Assembly: GCA_029061605.1 (NCBI GenBank)
Contig: JAIDRT010000030.1
Span: forward strand, 1,693-65,692
Origin: Clostridia bacterium
Lineage (GTDB): Bacteria; Bacillota; Clostridia; Christensenellales; UBA3700
Direction: 5' to 3'
DNA length: 64,000 nucleotides
Positions 44,001 through 54,600 of the stretch are shown one piece after another (position 1 is the first letter of the stretch; each line of letters begins with the position of its first letter). The position numbers and the translations under genes are program-made. Below the pieces are notes generated by a model that saw nothing but the letters and a program-made list of their open reading frames with translations, searched no databases and was not told the DNA's origin.

Positions 44001-45910
44001 GTAGATTTACGATCTCAACGAGAATTGCCGCATTTGACGGTAGCGCTCCGCAGACGGTGGAGTTGACCTTCGTAGTTAGATCTAAGAACGTATATTCTTT
44101 GACTATAAACGACGCTATAAATACCATCAATATAGATCCGTATAAGTATTATATGTATATGATAGGCGAGAGCGACGAAAATCCGTTCCCAAGCGTGGTA
44201 GAGGCAAATTACTTTGAAGAGTATGCTAATCCGAATTACAATCCTGATATTGCTGAGAGCGAAAGCAATTCTAAGATTATCAGAGACGAGTATGACGAAG
44301 ACGTCAACGTCGTATGGAAGAATCTTGAGAACGTCGTGTTCGATTGGAACAACAACAATGACACGGTTAACAAAGTAGACGTGGCTTTGGACAACGGCGC
44401 ATATCCAAACGGTTCATTCACTTGGACGTTCAAGAAGACGGAAGTTGCCGTAATGAGAAACGAGGTTGAGGCAATCTACTTTGACGAAGCGTTGACGCAG
44501 TCTGCGTTATTCATAGATCCATTCCAATATCTCATCAACGGAAAGGGAATCAACAACTTCCCGGATCACGCATACGTTCAGTTCACAAACGGCGCGGTGT
44601 ACTATATGCCAATCGCTTGGAAAGGACTTGACGACTTCAATATCAATCCGGATAGACCTGCTCAATTCATACAGTTTGACGTGGTAATAGGCTTTGATCC
44701 GAACGTATATAAGAGCACTGGACAAATCGTTGATTACAGCGGTATCAACGGAACTCTCTTGCAAGAGAAGTACGTCAACGTGCAAGTAGAAGACCGCGTA
44801 CCTGTGGGTATAGAGGTCGACGGAAGCGCGCTTATCGGCGGTACGTATTACATTGATCCTGTTCAGGTACTCTATTACGGAGCAAATCCGTTCCCAGAGA
44901 ACGTGACGGTGAGATATATGAGCGGCAAGACTTCTGTGCTTGAAGTGTCTGACAGCCATTGGGATAGAAACTTCGCGATAACGTTGAAGGGCAGAAAGAA
45001 TCTCAAAGCAACGCTTGCGCTCAACGATAAGTATTCGTTTGATATTGACGTGGAGATCATAGACAGAAGCAACCTTAAGTCTGAATTGACGGATATGTCG
45101 ATTGATCCGTACGTATACACAACGGACGAGAGAGGCAATAGAGTCTACAACGTCTACGCTGACAACATCAACTTGTATCAATGCGTGGGTACGTTTGACC
45201 TTGAGACGTTTGCCGTATTGGGAAGAAAACAATTCTCAGGCGATATATCCAAGGCAAGCAAGACTTTCTTGAAATACGTGCTCACTTATGAGTTGAACGG
45301 CGAGCAAAAGAGCATAGCGGAGACTGATATCGACTATATTAAGGACTTCATTGCAAACAACAAAGATACTGTCACAATCATATCGGCAGAGGTATGGGAA
45401 TATTTTAACGTACCTGTCGTATGGAATCTGAATGAAATCAACTACAGCATCGCAGATACCTACACTGTCAAGACGATAGTGCAGGCTGCAGATCCCGCTT
45501 TCAACAAAGAATACAAAGTCAACGTTGAAGTGAGAGCAAAGAAGGCTGTGACTATCTCGGGCGACGTTCAGTACATTATGGTTGGCGGCACCAACTTGAG
45601 CGAGACTGCTAAGTTGACTCAAAAACTTACGATGACCAAGACCGTTGTCTTCGACGACGGTACGTCGGGAGTATATGAAGTTACGCTTGACCTCACGAAG
45701 ATACAGTACAGCAACGCAATATCCGCAACTCTCAGATGGAGCAGAGACTCGGCAGGTAATATGATAATTACTGACTTGAGAACTAATACAGAAATCAAGT
45801 CTGACCAAGTCGCAGATTGCGCAATGGATATCGAAGTCACGGTATGTAGCGGAGATATTGCTCAGACGTGTACAATGAAAGTCCACGTATTGGACAATCA
45901 GATGGGATAA
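38015..45910 (+). CDS. Giant surface lipoprotein (2631 aa): unassigned N-terminal ~1900 aa plus C-terminal Ig-like (Big_4-type) repeats
   Basis: Signal peptide with lipobox 'AFVAC'. Pro-rich linker. The C-terminal third has repeated modules of the form '...V.V....G......V.W......' (for example 'YMPIAWKGLDDF' and 'NVPVVWNLNEINY'). Confidence 0.75.
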   Translation: MKKTKFITVLLLLAVLASVLLVAFVACEPKPDVKDDNQQSGNSGEIPPDEQPPWTPPDNGGGNNKPKPPTYTAKEMLTKIIESVEVPEQALNIDINAKVDTEDQVTTINLKGNFYNEVRNELCFAVYQQQKGEADSQRQLVFAIYIVNDKIYIDMADGTPLIYLSDFDFNYLVQIIEGAGGMVSDLMGSLDQYKGLIDLVFNFLFATPQVTVNEDNSQSLAMELKLKGLLSGASSLIGLLPFDIPVDLKPLLDYLSNLIPDHTLYINAKFDSDSNLETVGVSGVDKTANNKDVFDLSVTIDIRDEAETDIGLPGDLADRAISEFSFTNLQFSIDFIVDSVKDESGHNKNFDLGKMLNSFLGTSTTIRIPEGLLLLNGGTGVRLTFKLDLDLNYDKLPQDNNKVAIELYLINPDGTLVDKNFKPQMGIYYKEGSFYLNTDNMLPQYLNGLNIKLDASLNDLVSKLVDLITDAIDGVFGLDFAGLRKNEIQVNDNGSLTLSSMSAVQKVMASTSASVVALSTESDGSYKLSAGIGSFVDMLASLLGLGGQIKDGVVVVEPNIYTDDTSIKVVVNDNFFEVLSGLIPQLKGVSLPKEIGDIVLSVNTSQVGLDSVTVETVLNNTSQVPGPNNSTVTITDPAFAIRLGLGGFVIGLKDDTFSDYIDSRVDVENTDYLSSLNGVIEHMLGGIRFSSGFSLDFAAGTYDLAPFIAGFGVSEVESSQILWTFDNDFTLDASLNLQIALNRTDTARSMIVLEMKTESGIKVGDHQIIEKDQVLLGIYGYNNNIYIDISNFNIAGIVLPKLSFSLNFTDLVYTLLDNVISDLLKNINVQGGDLKFELDFKELLGLTSSVVAQAGETQNSTSRLATYAQTQEIDPTAAIIFAFNADKFVPSISLAAILAVLSATNTDIGNTLAEALSLMELDLSIELGRNDGFIFSFSGEFIPKLDENGESVYYFDDKGNPIAKEEGKIYRNIKDKPTSNENVNPNVVYYTTKKYNYGSDMKLVFSAGTPDHRVIVGNLGEHKYPIEQKAQEFVDYKSDLIEAIVNTVGKASVQLDIDLHTLDNEMNVTRLINSILANVGKKLELPIYLDLDDWNTHVQLALAWDLDLNRSSNSKIMLELRYEQKIIMGVYIHRNSIIVDLTGLGLFSGEIVNSTIVSKVFAMIDGVIKNIGNLDLNDIINDLLKNNGLPTVGTKPEDTDKLALGEEVAADGSVATLGEGLEVKDFIKYLTQAIHLENTAIVIDFTSSIINGMLNDLVGINLGLNLGLDGVFDLFGDSFDMGFTVEDITMDLSLSLSLGKEVIIPINFDDVPDWDATSGERFVTTLLNNLDIGFTIDLANYTGDTVNLENSNSGDSVTDNNRMYTRIIIEKVTTSSGKKLTGVQGTPVAPQGTFVVTLAHINKAMYDDNQSASASATPLVYVVLDHRKTSGQLMLALTSNILTFGAFNIGNMVGTQYINLDIVGMLGPVIDNLFSSIDGALDGMNNQTVAAMALDDGISAQEEEPTGLNKVFAELDLIKLLGEKGIMINLRANGTFNVTINFDTYLINKLIDDILSHVFAKNTGHASIVDLSVMAPDMFDKDYLGMVTWTRETFGAQGKSNTFWGDFREIIVPMLQSLVKGLGYKEAAPLLGGAGFLLGDIFYQVRQILSGLLPFAVWNTATLEVNVVDATISNIHFIGEDTDEDIYYDNDPSKGVAYSKDKDARVKGYFTEIFIYNSSKSVGGSTADGTNNGIVTWADIPTSITFMPYIYTTVKDGVDELIEAHFKNKVAIYQKGTTIMRSNVKFKIVNANGSEEDVGPENLLARLSVAGHFQIKAIANFSGGITSTLMIDVESRDTGGGLDYVEDIEMHAYDDTLPDFLTIYTKDGKSRKINTEYLSVSNWRPTDYKAHDVQATVAFKNGTTLPMTIHYLDSTVTKIIIDGTEGINVNIDLYQFDINTSKIDDFTPSTLYFKYPDGKAVGLDVLSGWETSAATANLFGRPIDVDGKYSSDVSGGRFTISTRIAAFDGSAPQTVELTFVVRSKNVYSLTINDAINTINIDPYKYYMYMIGESDENPFPSVVEANYFEEYANPNYNPDIAESESNSKIIRDEYDEDVNVVWKNLENVVFDWNNNNDTVNKVDVALDNGAYPNGSFTWTFKKTEVAVMRNEVEAIYFDEALTQSALFIDPFQYLINGKGINNFPDHAYVQFTNGAVYYMPIAWKGLDDFNINPDRPAQFIQFDVVIGFDPNVYKSTGQIVDYSGINGTLLQEKYVNVQVEDRVPVGIEVDGSALIGGTYYIDPVQVLYYGANPFPENVTVRYMSGKTSVLEVSDSHWDRNFAITLKGRKNLKATLALNDKYSFDIDVEIIDRSNLKSELTDMSIDPYVYTTDERGNRVYNVYADNINLYQCVGTFDLETFAVLGRKQFSGDISKASKTFLKYVLTYELNGEQKSIAETDIDYIKDFIANNKDTVTIISAEVWEYFNVPVVWNLNEINYSIADTYTVKTIVQAADPAFNKEYKVNVEVRAKKAVTISGDVQYIMVGGTNLSETAKLTQKLTMTKTVVFDDGTSGVYEVTLDLTKIQYSNAISATLRWSRDSAGNMIITDLRTNTEIKSDQVADCAMDIEVTVCSGDIAQTCTMKVHVLDNQMG

Positions 45911-45925
45911 TTGGGGGAGAATTAG

Positions 45926-48900
45926 ATGAGAGTAAAAACTTTAAAGAGAATAAGTCTAATATCAATTTTAATAATAGCAGCGCTTGTTGTGTCTTTGGTT
46001 GCAGTGACGTTTTTGACGGATACTCAACCTAAGGCGCAGGCTGCTGCGGGTACGCTTTATACGGCGGAGTATCAAGGTGACAACGGCACCTTGGACGGAC
46101 AACATTACGATAGAAATTTTATAGCCGCAAAATACGGCGTTTCTACAAGCCAAGTTTTTTCCATCGCTTCTGGCTTGGAATTGTATAAATTTCTCAATGG
46201 AGAGTACAGCAGTTATAAAGTAGGTTTTCTTACTCGTGACGTGGCTATTGCTTATAACGCCAGCGTAGACGGATATGATACTATATCTGAAAACAGTTCG
46301 GCTGCTATCTTTGACGACATATTCGACGGTAACGGTTATACTGTAAAAATCTATGGCGGAGCAGGCGAGGCCAATTCTACCGTAGAGATCGAAGATGATT
46401 ACGATTATAGATTGACGTATAGAGATGGCAATCCAAAATACGACAACAACGGCAATTATCAAGTTTGGTACGAATATACAGGATTTTTAGTTGCTCAAAA
46501 CTACGGTACTATTGCCAACTTTACTATTGACTATACTTCTCCTCACAACGTAATCGAGGCGGTCAAAGTCGGAGATTTGAAAATTACTACAGCGAATAGA
46601 TTGCTCTCAAAAAGAGAGGGCGTCTTTGTTGCGGGAATAGTCGCAGGACTCAACGGATACGGCGGAGTCATTGACAACTTGAAGATCAATGTTAAAAATG
46701 CTTTTACAGTAGTTAAGCAGAACAGTGCTGATAAAGATGGCGGAGTACCTAATAAGAGTGCAGGTTATGCGGGCGGTATTGCCGGCAGAATAGAGGACAA
46801 CAGCAAAATTAACAACTGTTGGGTAGACTTGGCTTACGGCGCAGGTGTATCTGCCGGCGCTGAAGGTAGAGTATCTCAATTTCCAGCGACGGATAATAAC
46901 AATACCTTTGCGGTTGCAGGCGGAATCGTCGGCAATATTGACACAGGTACTGCTCAACTTACTTACTGCGCTTTGTCAGGCAGCGGACAAGTCAAAGCAT
47001 TTGCCAACAGAGGATCAAACGACTCAAAGTTTAGGGCTTATTCGGGAGGAATAGCAGGCGGTTGTATTAGATTTACGGGTACATCAACCAAAGGTACGGC
47101 AATCGTAGTCGACTGCAATAGCGACACCAACGTGCGGGTTAAGTCAGGACAAATAAAAGGTATTATTTCGTCCTGGACAGGAAGCAGATTCACCAACTTC
47201 AATAATAATCCGAAAGAATCTATGGGGTCGCTTTTTGACGCTGTGGGAAGCGATGACGAAATAGAGAGTCTTGCAATTCTATTTAATCTTGAGACTTTGA
47301 TGGACAATAACCCCACTGCGCACAAACCGACGTCAACTGATGGAAAACTTGTGTTGGACTCTTCGGGTAATTTAAGAAATTGGCTGGAGATACATCCTGC
47401 TTCCGAAGGCGGAACAATGGGTGTAATGTTTGACACAGACAATTCTAATTATGATATAAGAATACATATAATTGCGGACGGACACGACGAATTCAAAAAC
47501 AGCGGAGTTATGAACAATGTCGATATGAGCGGCTCAGCGCGTTATTATCAATACAAAATGCGCGAGGGCGACGGCGGAGGCTTCATTTGGTCGGGTACTT
47601 TTTCAAACGCTAACGACTCATCCAATCACATAAGTCTTGCTCTTGATGATCCTATCTACGCAGAGATCTATATGATTTCTTCGACAAATACCGGTAGTTA
47701 TAATTATGAGTTCGGACGTATGGGAATACTTGAGTACAGCGATACCAACGGAAACAACGGAGTAAAGCCGTATAACGGTACGGCAGATCCGCTTAAACTT
47801 CCATCTGTCTCAATGACGAATTATCCTGCGTTTGATACGAGCGTATTTACAAATGAGAATCTTTGGAATATTTCGCGTAGCGGCAAAAATGTAAGTCTCT
47901 CTCAGACTTATATGCCCGGTACGTACAGTATGAGAGTTGAGACTAAACTTGGCGAGCGTTCGTACGGATATTATAATGAGACGGAAAGGATGCTTGCTTG
48001 GCAACCTAGTGCGGATTACGTGTTTACGATATTGCAAGGCGTGCTTAGTTTTGGTAATAGAACAACGACTGCGGACGGCTGGCAGGATCAAGTTACGTTC
48101 GAACTCACTATGAATAGCGCAAGCGACTTTGACAGTATTGAATTCCAACGCAACGGAGAATTCCCAAGTAATTCAACAGAGGGCTTTACACGAAGCGGAG
48201 CAAGCGCATTCTATACTGTAACTGAGACTACAGGTAAAAACGGTACGGCTTATACATTCTATGCTTACAAGAGAGACGCTGTCACTGAAGAAAACGTCGT
48301 GGTAGCAATAAGCGAGAGCAGAACTGTGCGTATAGACAGAGAGGCGCCTGAAGTAAGCGAAATAGAGTACTATATGGTCGAAGACGGCGGAGAGAGACTT
48401 TTGTCCGACGAGGACTTAGAATATATTCAAGAGCACTGGACAAAAAATCAGATTTTGGCAAAGTTCTCCGTAAGCGACAACGGAAAGTCAGGTATTGCCA
48501 TTGCGGCTACAGGCAACAATATAGAAGAAACTGTGCTTAATAACAATGGAGACAGAGAGGTCGTGGTTACTATCAACGACAGCAAGCCGTTGATATTGGA
48601 GTACACTGACGCAAGAGGTCATACAACGCCTGTAAAATTGCAAGTCAATATAGATAGAGTAGAAGGCAGACTATCATTCTCAGGCTCGTCCTATAGAACA
48701 GAAGGTAGATTTAACTACAGTACCAAAAACGTATCAGTGCGCTACGTTGCCAACTTCGGTATGTCGGGTTGGAGAATGTATTACAGTTATCAAAGAGACG
48801 CGCAGGGCGAAGATATTTGGATAGCAAGTCCAGATCTTTTGACGGACAGCGGAGCAGTAAAGACATTTACTATTGACTGGAATATGGGCAACATCAACAC

Positions 48901-51631
48901 TGGGCTCGGCGACGACTTTAAAATAAAGATGGTCAACGAAGCGGGCTTGTACGAAGAGGAAGTTTTCCCAACTGACGCAAGAGGCGATAGGCTTCCAAAT
49001 GACGTCATCGGCAATTATATAATTTGGTTGAGAGTAGCAAATATTTATCTTGACACCAATCTCAACAATATCTTTGTCAATGACGGCGGCAACGTCTTGA
49101 GCGTTGAGGAGATACTCAAGAGCGAAGAAGATAAAGCAAAGTATTTTGACAAGCAATACGACGGTACTGACGAGTATGCAGGTAAAAAGAATTATCAATT
49201 CTACACAGATTTGTCTGCTCTAAATAAATACGGATTCTACTTCAACGAAAAGTTGGGCGTAATATACTCTCCATCAGGAATTTTCTTAAGAAGTCCTATT
49301 GACTTGGGCGAGAACGGTATCGTTCCTGTTGAAATGAGATATACGTCAACTGAAGTGGGAGATTCAAAACTGTCTTTCCAAGTTGTTTTGACTGGTGTGG
49401 ACGGCTATAATTACATAGTTTATTTCACAGATCTGTCGGGTATTGACTTTGAAGAGGACGTCGAAGTTGAGGAAGGAACGTATTGGGAGTCTATAGAAAT
49501 AGACGTCAAAATCACAAAGCGCGAAGTCGTAATAGACCTCGACAGCCAAGAGGCGTTCAGTAGCGCAAAGCAATATTATTACGGAGATGACGTGCCTAAC
49601 GCAATAGACGTATACGTTGAGTCTACCGGAGAATACATTTCTGTCAAGATTGAGACTAAGGCGTCTTCGACGGCAAACATAGACGAGTATGACGTCAAAG
49701 GCATATCGCCAAGTGGCTACGGAAATATAGAATACATTATCAATCCTACGACGATAGTTATCAATCCTAGACCTGTTGCCGTTGATTTGAGATTTGACGG
49801 CGGATCTATCGGCAATATACCTACCGGTATCAAGGCAGGCAAGGTACATTCTATCACAGGTACGTATCAAGACGTCAACGGTGAGGAACAAAAGGCAAAC
49901 ATTGAGTACGTTCTCAACAATAAGCCTGTCAATTCTTTGAGCATAGTTGGTTTGTATACGATAAATATTACTTTGTCCAACAACAACTACGTCATTGACG
50001 GACAGAAGTCCTTTAAGTTTAGTATTGCAAGAGGACAGTTGGATATTGAGACAGGCGTGAGGATAAAGGATTATACTGAGGAACAAGTGGAGTATGACTT
50101 GGTTATTGACAAAGAGGCAAAAGATCAGGGATTATATTCTGACAGCGATTTGAAGGTAACGTATTATGAGTATCTTGAAGGCGCTGTGTATAACTCGGTA
50201 ACGCAAAAAATTGAGGGTAAAGTAAGCGATTATCCTATGTCGGAATATCCTACGGACAGAGGATTGTATCTTGTGAGAGTTGAGTTTGTCACAAAAGACA
50301 ATCCCAACTTCTTCCCAAAGAGCGACTACGCTGAGGGGTATCTCGTCATTGTAAGCGCAGAGACGACTGTAAACGTAGAAAAAGTCGTGTTGGAATACAG
50401 TTATACGGCAGAAAAGTTTACGTATGATCTTGTTGACGCAGTTGCAGAAGTCAGATCGTCAAGCAACAAACAACTTTGGTCTGCAAGTATGGCTGCGGAC
50501 GGAATCGTCAAAGTGCAGTATAAAGATACTGACGGAAGTTTTGTAGACGTTGCTTCAAGTCCAAATGAAGGCGGCGGCTGGTATTCGGAGACAGGTAGAT
50601 ACGAGTATAGAGTAAGTTATAACGGTAACGACGATTACAACGAAAGTTCTATAGACGTTGTTATGATTATCAACGAGGCGGAACTCAAAGGCATTACTTT
50701 TAACTCTGTCGAAGCAGTTTATGACGGAAAAAGTCACGTGCCTACGGTCAACGGATTGTTCAATTACACAGGTCTGGAGATTACATTCAGACACGGCGTC
50801 ACCCAAATTTATTGCGACGGAACTAACGCCAACGAGGCAATCAAAGAATTAAATCTTGTGGATGCAAGAGAATATACAGTGACAATGGTCATTTCTAAAG
50901 AAGGATATGCGACTAAGGAATACCAAACTAAGGTTGTAATCAAGAAGGCTCAAATGGAAGGCGTAACGGCAAGTCTTCTGGACGTAGTTTATGACGGAAA
51001 TAGACACGACGTTACTTTCTTGGGGCTTAAATATGAAGACAATGGCAGTATGACCTATAATGGCGAATCAGTCATTATCAGCAGCGGTAACTCAGAAGGA
51101 AACGCTTATGCCACCAACGTATATATCGAGCCGGGCGTGGGTCCGTCCTACTATACAGGCGAGGTTACGTTGAGATCTGCCAACTATGAAGATTTGGTAC
51201 TCAAGACTCAAATAACTATAAGACAAGCGCTCTTGCCATATCAAGAGATCAGCAAGACGTTGCCTAATAAGGTGCCAAGCGGTATGAGCCTCAGCGGATA
51301 CAAAGGATATTTTGTAGACACTAGCGGAAGATCAGTTGAGTGTACTTTGCAGTACCGCAAGTATCTCAAGGGCAATGAAGACAAAGGCGAAATCGTTACG
51401 CCTGACGAGAATGGAGTTATTGCTGACGGAAGATACACCGTGTGGATAGTAATTCCTAACGACAACTTCTATATCGACAGATATTGGACGGTTGACGTCG
51501 GCGAGATCAACAGCGCAGAAATCTCTACCGTCGGTTGGGTCGCAATAGGCGCTGTCGTAGTACTTATGGCGGCTGCGGCGATTACGGCAGTAGTCGTTGT
51601 CAAGAAGAGAAAGAAAGCAGGCATTGTCTAA
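45926..51631 (+). CDS. Giant surface protein (1901 aa) with GLUG-motif region, MBG/Ig-like repeats and a C-terminal TM anchor
   Basis: N-terminal signal/TM segment. 'AGGIAGRIEDNSKINNC' and 'AGGIVGNIDTGT' are GLUG-type motifs. Repeated '...YYYGDDVP...' and 'AVYDGKSH' modules. C-terminal 'AAAITAVVVVKKRKKAGIV'. Confidence 0.75.
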   Translation: MRVKTLKRISLISILIIAALVVSLVAVTFLTDTQPKAQAAAGTLYTAEYQGDNGTLDGQHYDRNFIAAKYGVSTSQVFSIASGLELYKFLNGEYSSYKVGFLTRDVAIAYNASVDGYDTISENSSAAIFDDIFDGNGYTVKIYGGAGEANSTVEIEDDYDYRLTYRDGNPKYDNNGNYQVWYEYTGFLVAQNYGTIANFTIDYTSPHNVIEAVKVGDLKITTANRLLSKREGVFVAGIVAGLNGYGGVIDNLKINVKNAFTVVKQNSADKDGGVPNKSAGYAGGIAGRIEDNSKINNCWVDLAYGAGVSAGAEGRVSQFPATDNNNTFAVAGGIVGNIDTGTAQLTYCALSGSGQVKAFANRGSNDSKFRAYSGGIAGGCIRFTGTSTKGTAIVVDCNSDTNVRVKSGQIKGIISSWTGSRFTNFNNNPKESMGSLFDAVGSDDEIESLAILFNLETLMDNNPTAHKPTSTDGKLVLDSSGNLRNWLEIHPASEGGTMGVMFDTDNSNYDIRIHIIADGHDEFKNSGVMNNVDMSGSARYYQYKMREGDGGGFIWSGTFSNANDSSNHISLALDDPIYAEIYMISSTNTGSYNYEFGRMGILEYSDTNGNNGVKPYNGTADPLKLPSVSMTNYPAFDTSVFTNENLWNISRSGKNVSLSQTYMPGTYSMRVETKLGERSYGYYNETERMLAWQPSADYVFTILQGVLSFGNRTTTADGWQDQVTFELTMNSASDFDSIEFQRNGEFPSNSTEGFTRSGASAFYTVTETTGKNGTAYTFYAYKRDAVTEENVVVAISESRTVRIDREAPEVSEIEYYMVEDGGERLLSDEDLEYIQEHWTKNQILAKFSVSDNGKSGIAIAATGNNIEETVLNNNGDREVVVTINDSKPLILEYTDARGHTTPVKLQVNIDRVEGRLSFSGSSYRTEGRFNYSTKNVSVRYVANFGMSGWRMYYSYQRDAQGEDIWIASPDLLTDSGAVKTFTIDWNMGNINTGLGDDFKIKMVNEAGLYEEEVFPTDARGDRLPNDVIGNYIIWLRVANIYLDTNLNNIFVNDGGNVLSVEEILKSEEDKAKYFDKQYDGTDEYAGKKNYQFYTDLSALNKYGFYFNEKLGVIYSPSGIFLRSPIDLGENGIVPVEMRYTSTEVGDSKLSFQVVLTGVDGYNYIVYFTDLSGIDFEEDVEVEEGTYWESIEIDVKITKREVVIDLDSQEAFSSAKQYYYGDDVPNAIDVYVESTGEYISVKIETKASSTANIDEYDVKGISPSGYGNIEYIINPTTIVINPRPVAVDLRFDGGSIGNIPTGIKAGKVHSITGTYQDVNGEEQKANIEYVLNNKPVNSLSIVGLYTINITLSNNNYVIDGQKSFKFSIARGQLDIETGVRIKDYTEEQVEYDLVIDKEAKDQGLYSDSDLKVTYYEYLEGAVYNSVTQKIEGKVSDYPMSEYPTDRGLYLVRVEFVTKDNPNFFPKSDYAEGYLVIVSAETTVNVEKVVLEYSYTAEKFTYDLVDAVAEVRSSSNKQLWSASMAADGIVKVQYKDTDGSFVDVASSPNEGGGWYSETGRYEYRVSYNGNDDYNESSIDVVMIINEAELKGITFNSVEAVYDGKSHVPTVNGLFNYTGLEITFRHGVTQIYCDGTNANEAIKELNLVDAREYTVTMVISKEGYATKEYQTKVVIKKAQMEGVTASLLDVVYDGNRHDVTFLGLKYEDNGSMTYNGESVIISSGNSEGNAYATNVYIEPGVGPSYYTGEVTLRSANYEDLVLKTQITIRQALLPYQEISKTLPNKVPSGMSLSGYKGYFVDTSGRSVECTLQYRKYLKGNEDKGEIVTPDENGVIADGRYTVWIVIPNDNFYIDRYWTVDVGEINSAEISTVGWVAIGAVVVLMAAAAITAVVVVKKRKKAGIV

Positions 51632-51646
51632 TATGGAGGAAGAATT

Positions 51647-54600
51647 ATGACGCAGACAAAAAAGAAAACTTTAACGGTTTTGGGAATAACTTTAATATTG
51701 CTTCTGGTCTTTATCATATCGTTTGCAGGACAGAACGCAGAGATTGCAAGCGCAGATTCGACTTCCGCGCTCAATGCCACGCAAGATAAATTGGGCAGTA
51801 TTATGTCCAATGGCGAAGTTCACGGAAATATAAGCAATGACGGTACGCCGATTGCCACCGCAGAACAATTGAGGAATTTCTTGAAGTCAGGAAACGGCAA
51901 GGGATATCTCACAACTGATATCAATGATTTTTATTGGGACGACAGACGCCTTACGAACACTCTTGCGTCGGCAAATATGACAGAACTCAACGGCAACGGA
52001 CACACAATCACTTTGACCGCAACCAAAGCCGCAACGTCGCCAGACTTGCCCTTTAGTGATTTTGGCAATACTAGTTTTTTTGCAGATACGTACGCAGGAA
52101 CGTGGAAAGGTACTGATTATATAGATATTCACGGAGGTTTGATAGGCTTTCTTCGTCAAAATCAAACTATAAAGAACTGCAAATTCGTATTTTCGGGTAG
52201 CATAGACGACACAACTCAGACTGCAAATCCGGGTACACTGGGATTGATCGTAGGTTTTTCTTTGGGTGATATAGACAATTGCAGTTTGACGGTAAACGGA
52301 AACGTAAAATTTTTTAGCGACACTACGTGGACAGGTTCAGTAACGACTTATCATCAGGAGACGATGTCTAAGCACTCTTTTGCAATGGGTGGCTACGTAG
52401 GCACGTTGACGCTCAACGCCAGAGTTTCCAACAGCAAATTGGTGCTCAACAAAGATCTTGCTTTACAAGTTCAGGGTATCAATCAAAATAACGGTATTGG
52501 ACAAAGCGAGTTTAGAAGTAACTACGCAAGAGCGTGGACTGGCGGAATCGTAGGCTGGATGGCAAACGGTGCGTCTGTATTCAATATCGTGACGGAAGGT
52601 AGCGGAAATCTTGATGCAAGAGTGGTCAATCCGCAAAAAAGTCAGACTCGTTCTTTCTCAGGTATAGTCGCAGGCGTTTCAGGCGGAGACGGAGTAGAGG
52701 CTCTGGATTCTCTTACAGGAAAGGTCACTACGTACGGAACTATCAACGGTGTTATAAACAAATGGACAGGATCTGCAAAGTACTATACGGATGACACGCA
52801 ATATTCCCCTACCGGTGTAAATGAAAATTCAATTCCGCGCCTTGTCGTGGGACTTGCAGGTATGAATAATAATACGAATTCCAACGTGCAAGACATTTAT
52901 ATGACGCAAGAAGTATACTCCGGAACTACGTTCTCGATTGCATTTGACTATTCGGTGGCAAAGGGAACTAACGGAATAAATAAAGGTAGATATTATTCAA
53001 CAAATATATTGATGCAAGACGTGCTTTCTCAAGCCGACGGCTCTGAGAATTATACTCAGGCATCAGATGCGCACGCATATTTGGCATTTGCGGGTACTGA
53101 AACAAGTTCTCCGTTATGGGCGGTATATGATATCAAGAACGATAATGGTATTCTCTGGTCGAAGTCTGTGGCAAATACGTTTACAGGCAGAACGGATCTT
53201 GAGTATTATTACGATCAAGCCACTTCTATAGAAGACGCTAAGAAGTTCGACGTTACGCATACGGAAATACCGCGAGGTCAAAATCAAAATTACTTGATAA
53301 GATATACGCACGGAAAGGCAGTTTATTTCACAAAGTCTTACGTTAACGCGCAAGACCAGTCCAATCCTAACAGAGTTGTGCTGTCTCCAGTAAGATACGG
53401 CGCGGGACTGACGGCTCCAAGTTTGAATCTATTCTATGACAAAGAACATACTCAACGTATCAGAACGCTTACAGAAAAGAGTTATTGGGTATCAAGAAGC
53501 AGCAAAAGCAACGTGCTTGTGAGAATGTCTGACGCTATCGTATCTCCTGATACTTACGAGTCATTCCTATATCTTGAAAGCACTGAGGGACGTAATTACA
53601 GTTATATCCAATTTGTTGACACGACGTATAGATACGTATCTTATATAAATGACGATCCTGTCTTCTTGGAATATAAAAAGACGCATCCCGATTATGAGCC
53701 TGTTAAAAATGGCGAAAAGCAAATAGATTGGCAACAAAGAGTTATTCAGACTGTAGAGCCTAAGTTGACTTCTATAGATTGGGGATATGCCAGCGATATT
53801 AACAAAACAGGAGACCTCGAAAGCGATCCTGCTACTGGCGAAATAATATCTTACGGCAAATATAAGACAATGTATGACGGCGATCCGGTCGTGTTTAGTA
53901 TCTCCATTCCTGACGGCACGCTTATCAATAATGATACGTGCACGGCAAATTACGAATACAGGATGTTGGACGAGTATACGAAGGAGTACTATAAAGTTGA
54001 CAGTTGTGTCAATGCAGGTACGTATAAAGTCGTTGTGACAAGTCTGTCCAACAGTAATTATGCGCTTGCAGGAGCAGGAAAGGTTGAATACTGCATTGAC
54101 TTTGAGATCGAACGACGTCAAATCGGCTTTATCAATAAAATAACTGACGAATTGCAAGATGATAAATACTATGTCAAAGTTGCATATCAGGCGCGCGATA
54201 TAGATTTGGCAAATGAAGTAGAGATATACCCCAACCAGTCGCAAGCAAACGCTTCCGGCGCAAGATTGGTTCTTTACAACGTGCTTAATAAAGATAAAAA
54301 CATCATCAAATTTGACTACATTGCTCACGGCGACGGAGAATTGAATATGCGCAACGTGGGTCAATTCGAAATGGAAATGAGTTTGCTAAGCGGTATCAAC
54401 TCAAGCAATTACGTTTTGCCTGAAGTGACAAAATTCTTGGTGGAAATCATTCCGGCAGAAGCAACGTTGAGTACGCAGACAAGTTTTTCGTATCCATACG
54501 GTTTCCTTGTTAAGGACAGAGTAGAGCCGTCCGTAACTGTTACTGGCGTGGACGGAATGGAATTGACATTTGACGGCTTTACTTATTACAAGGAGATAGA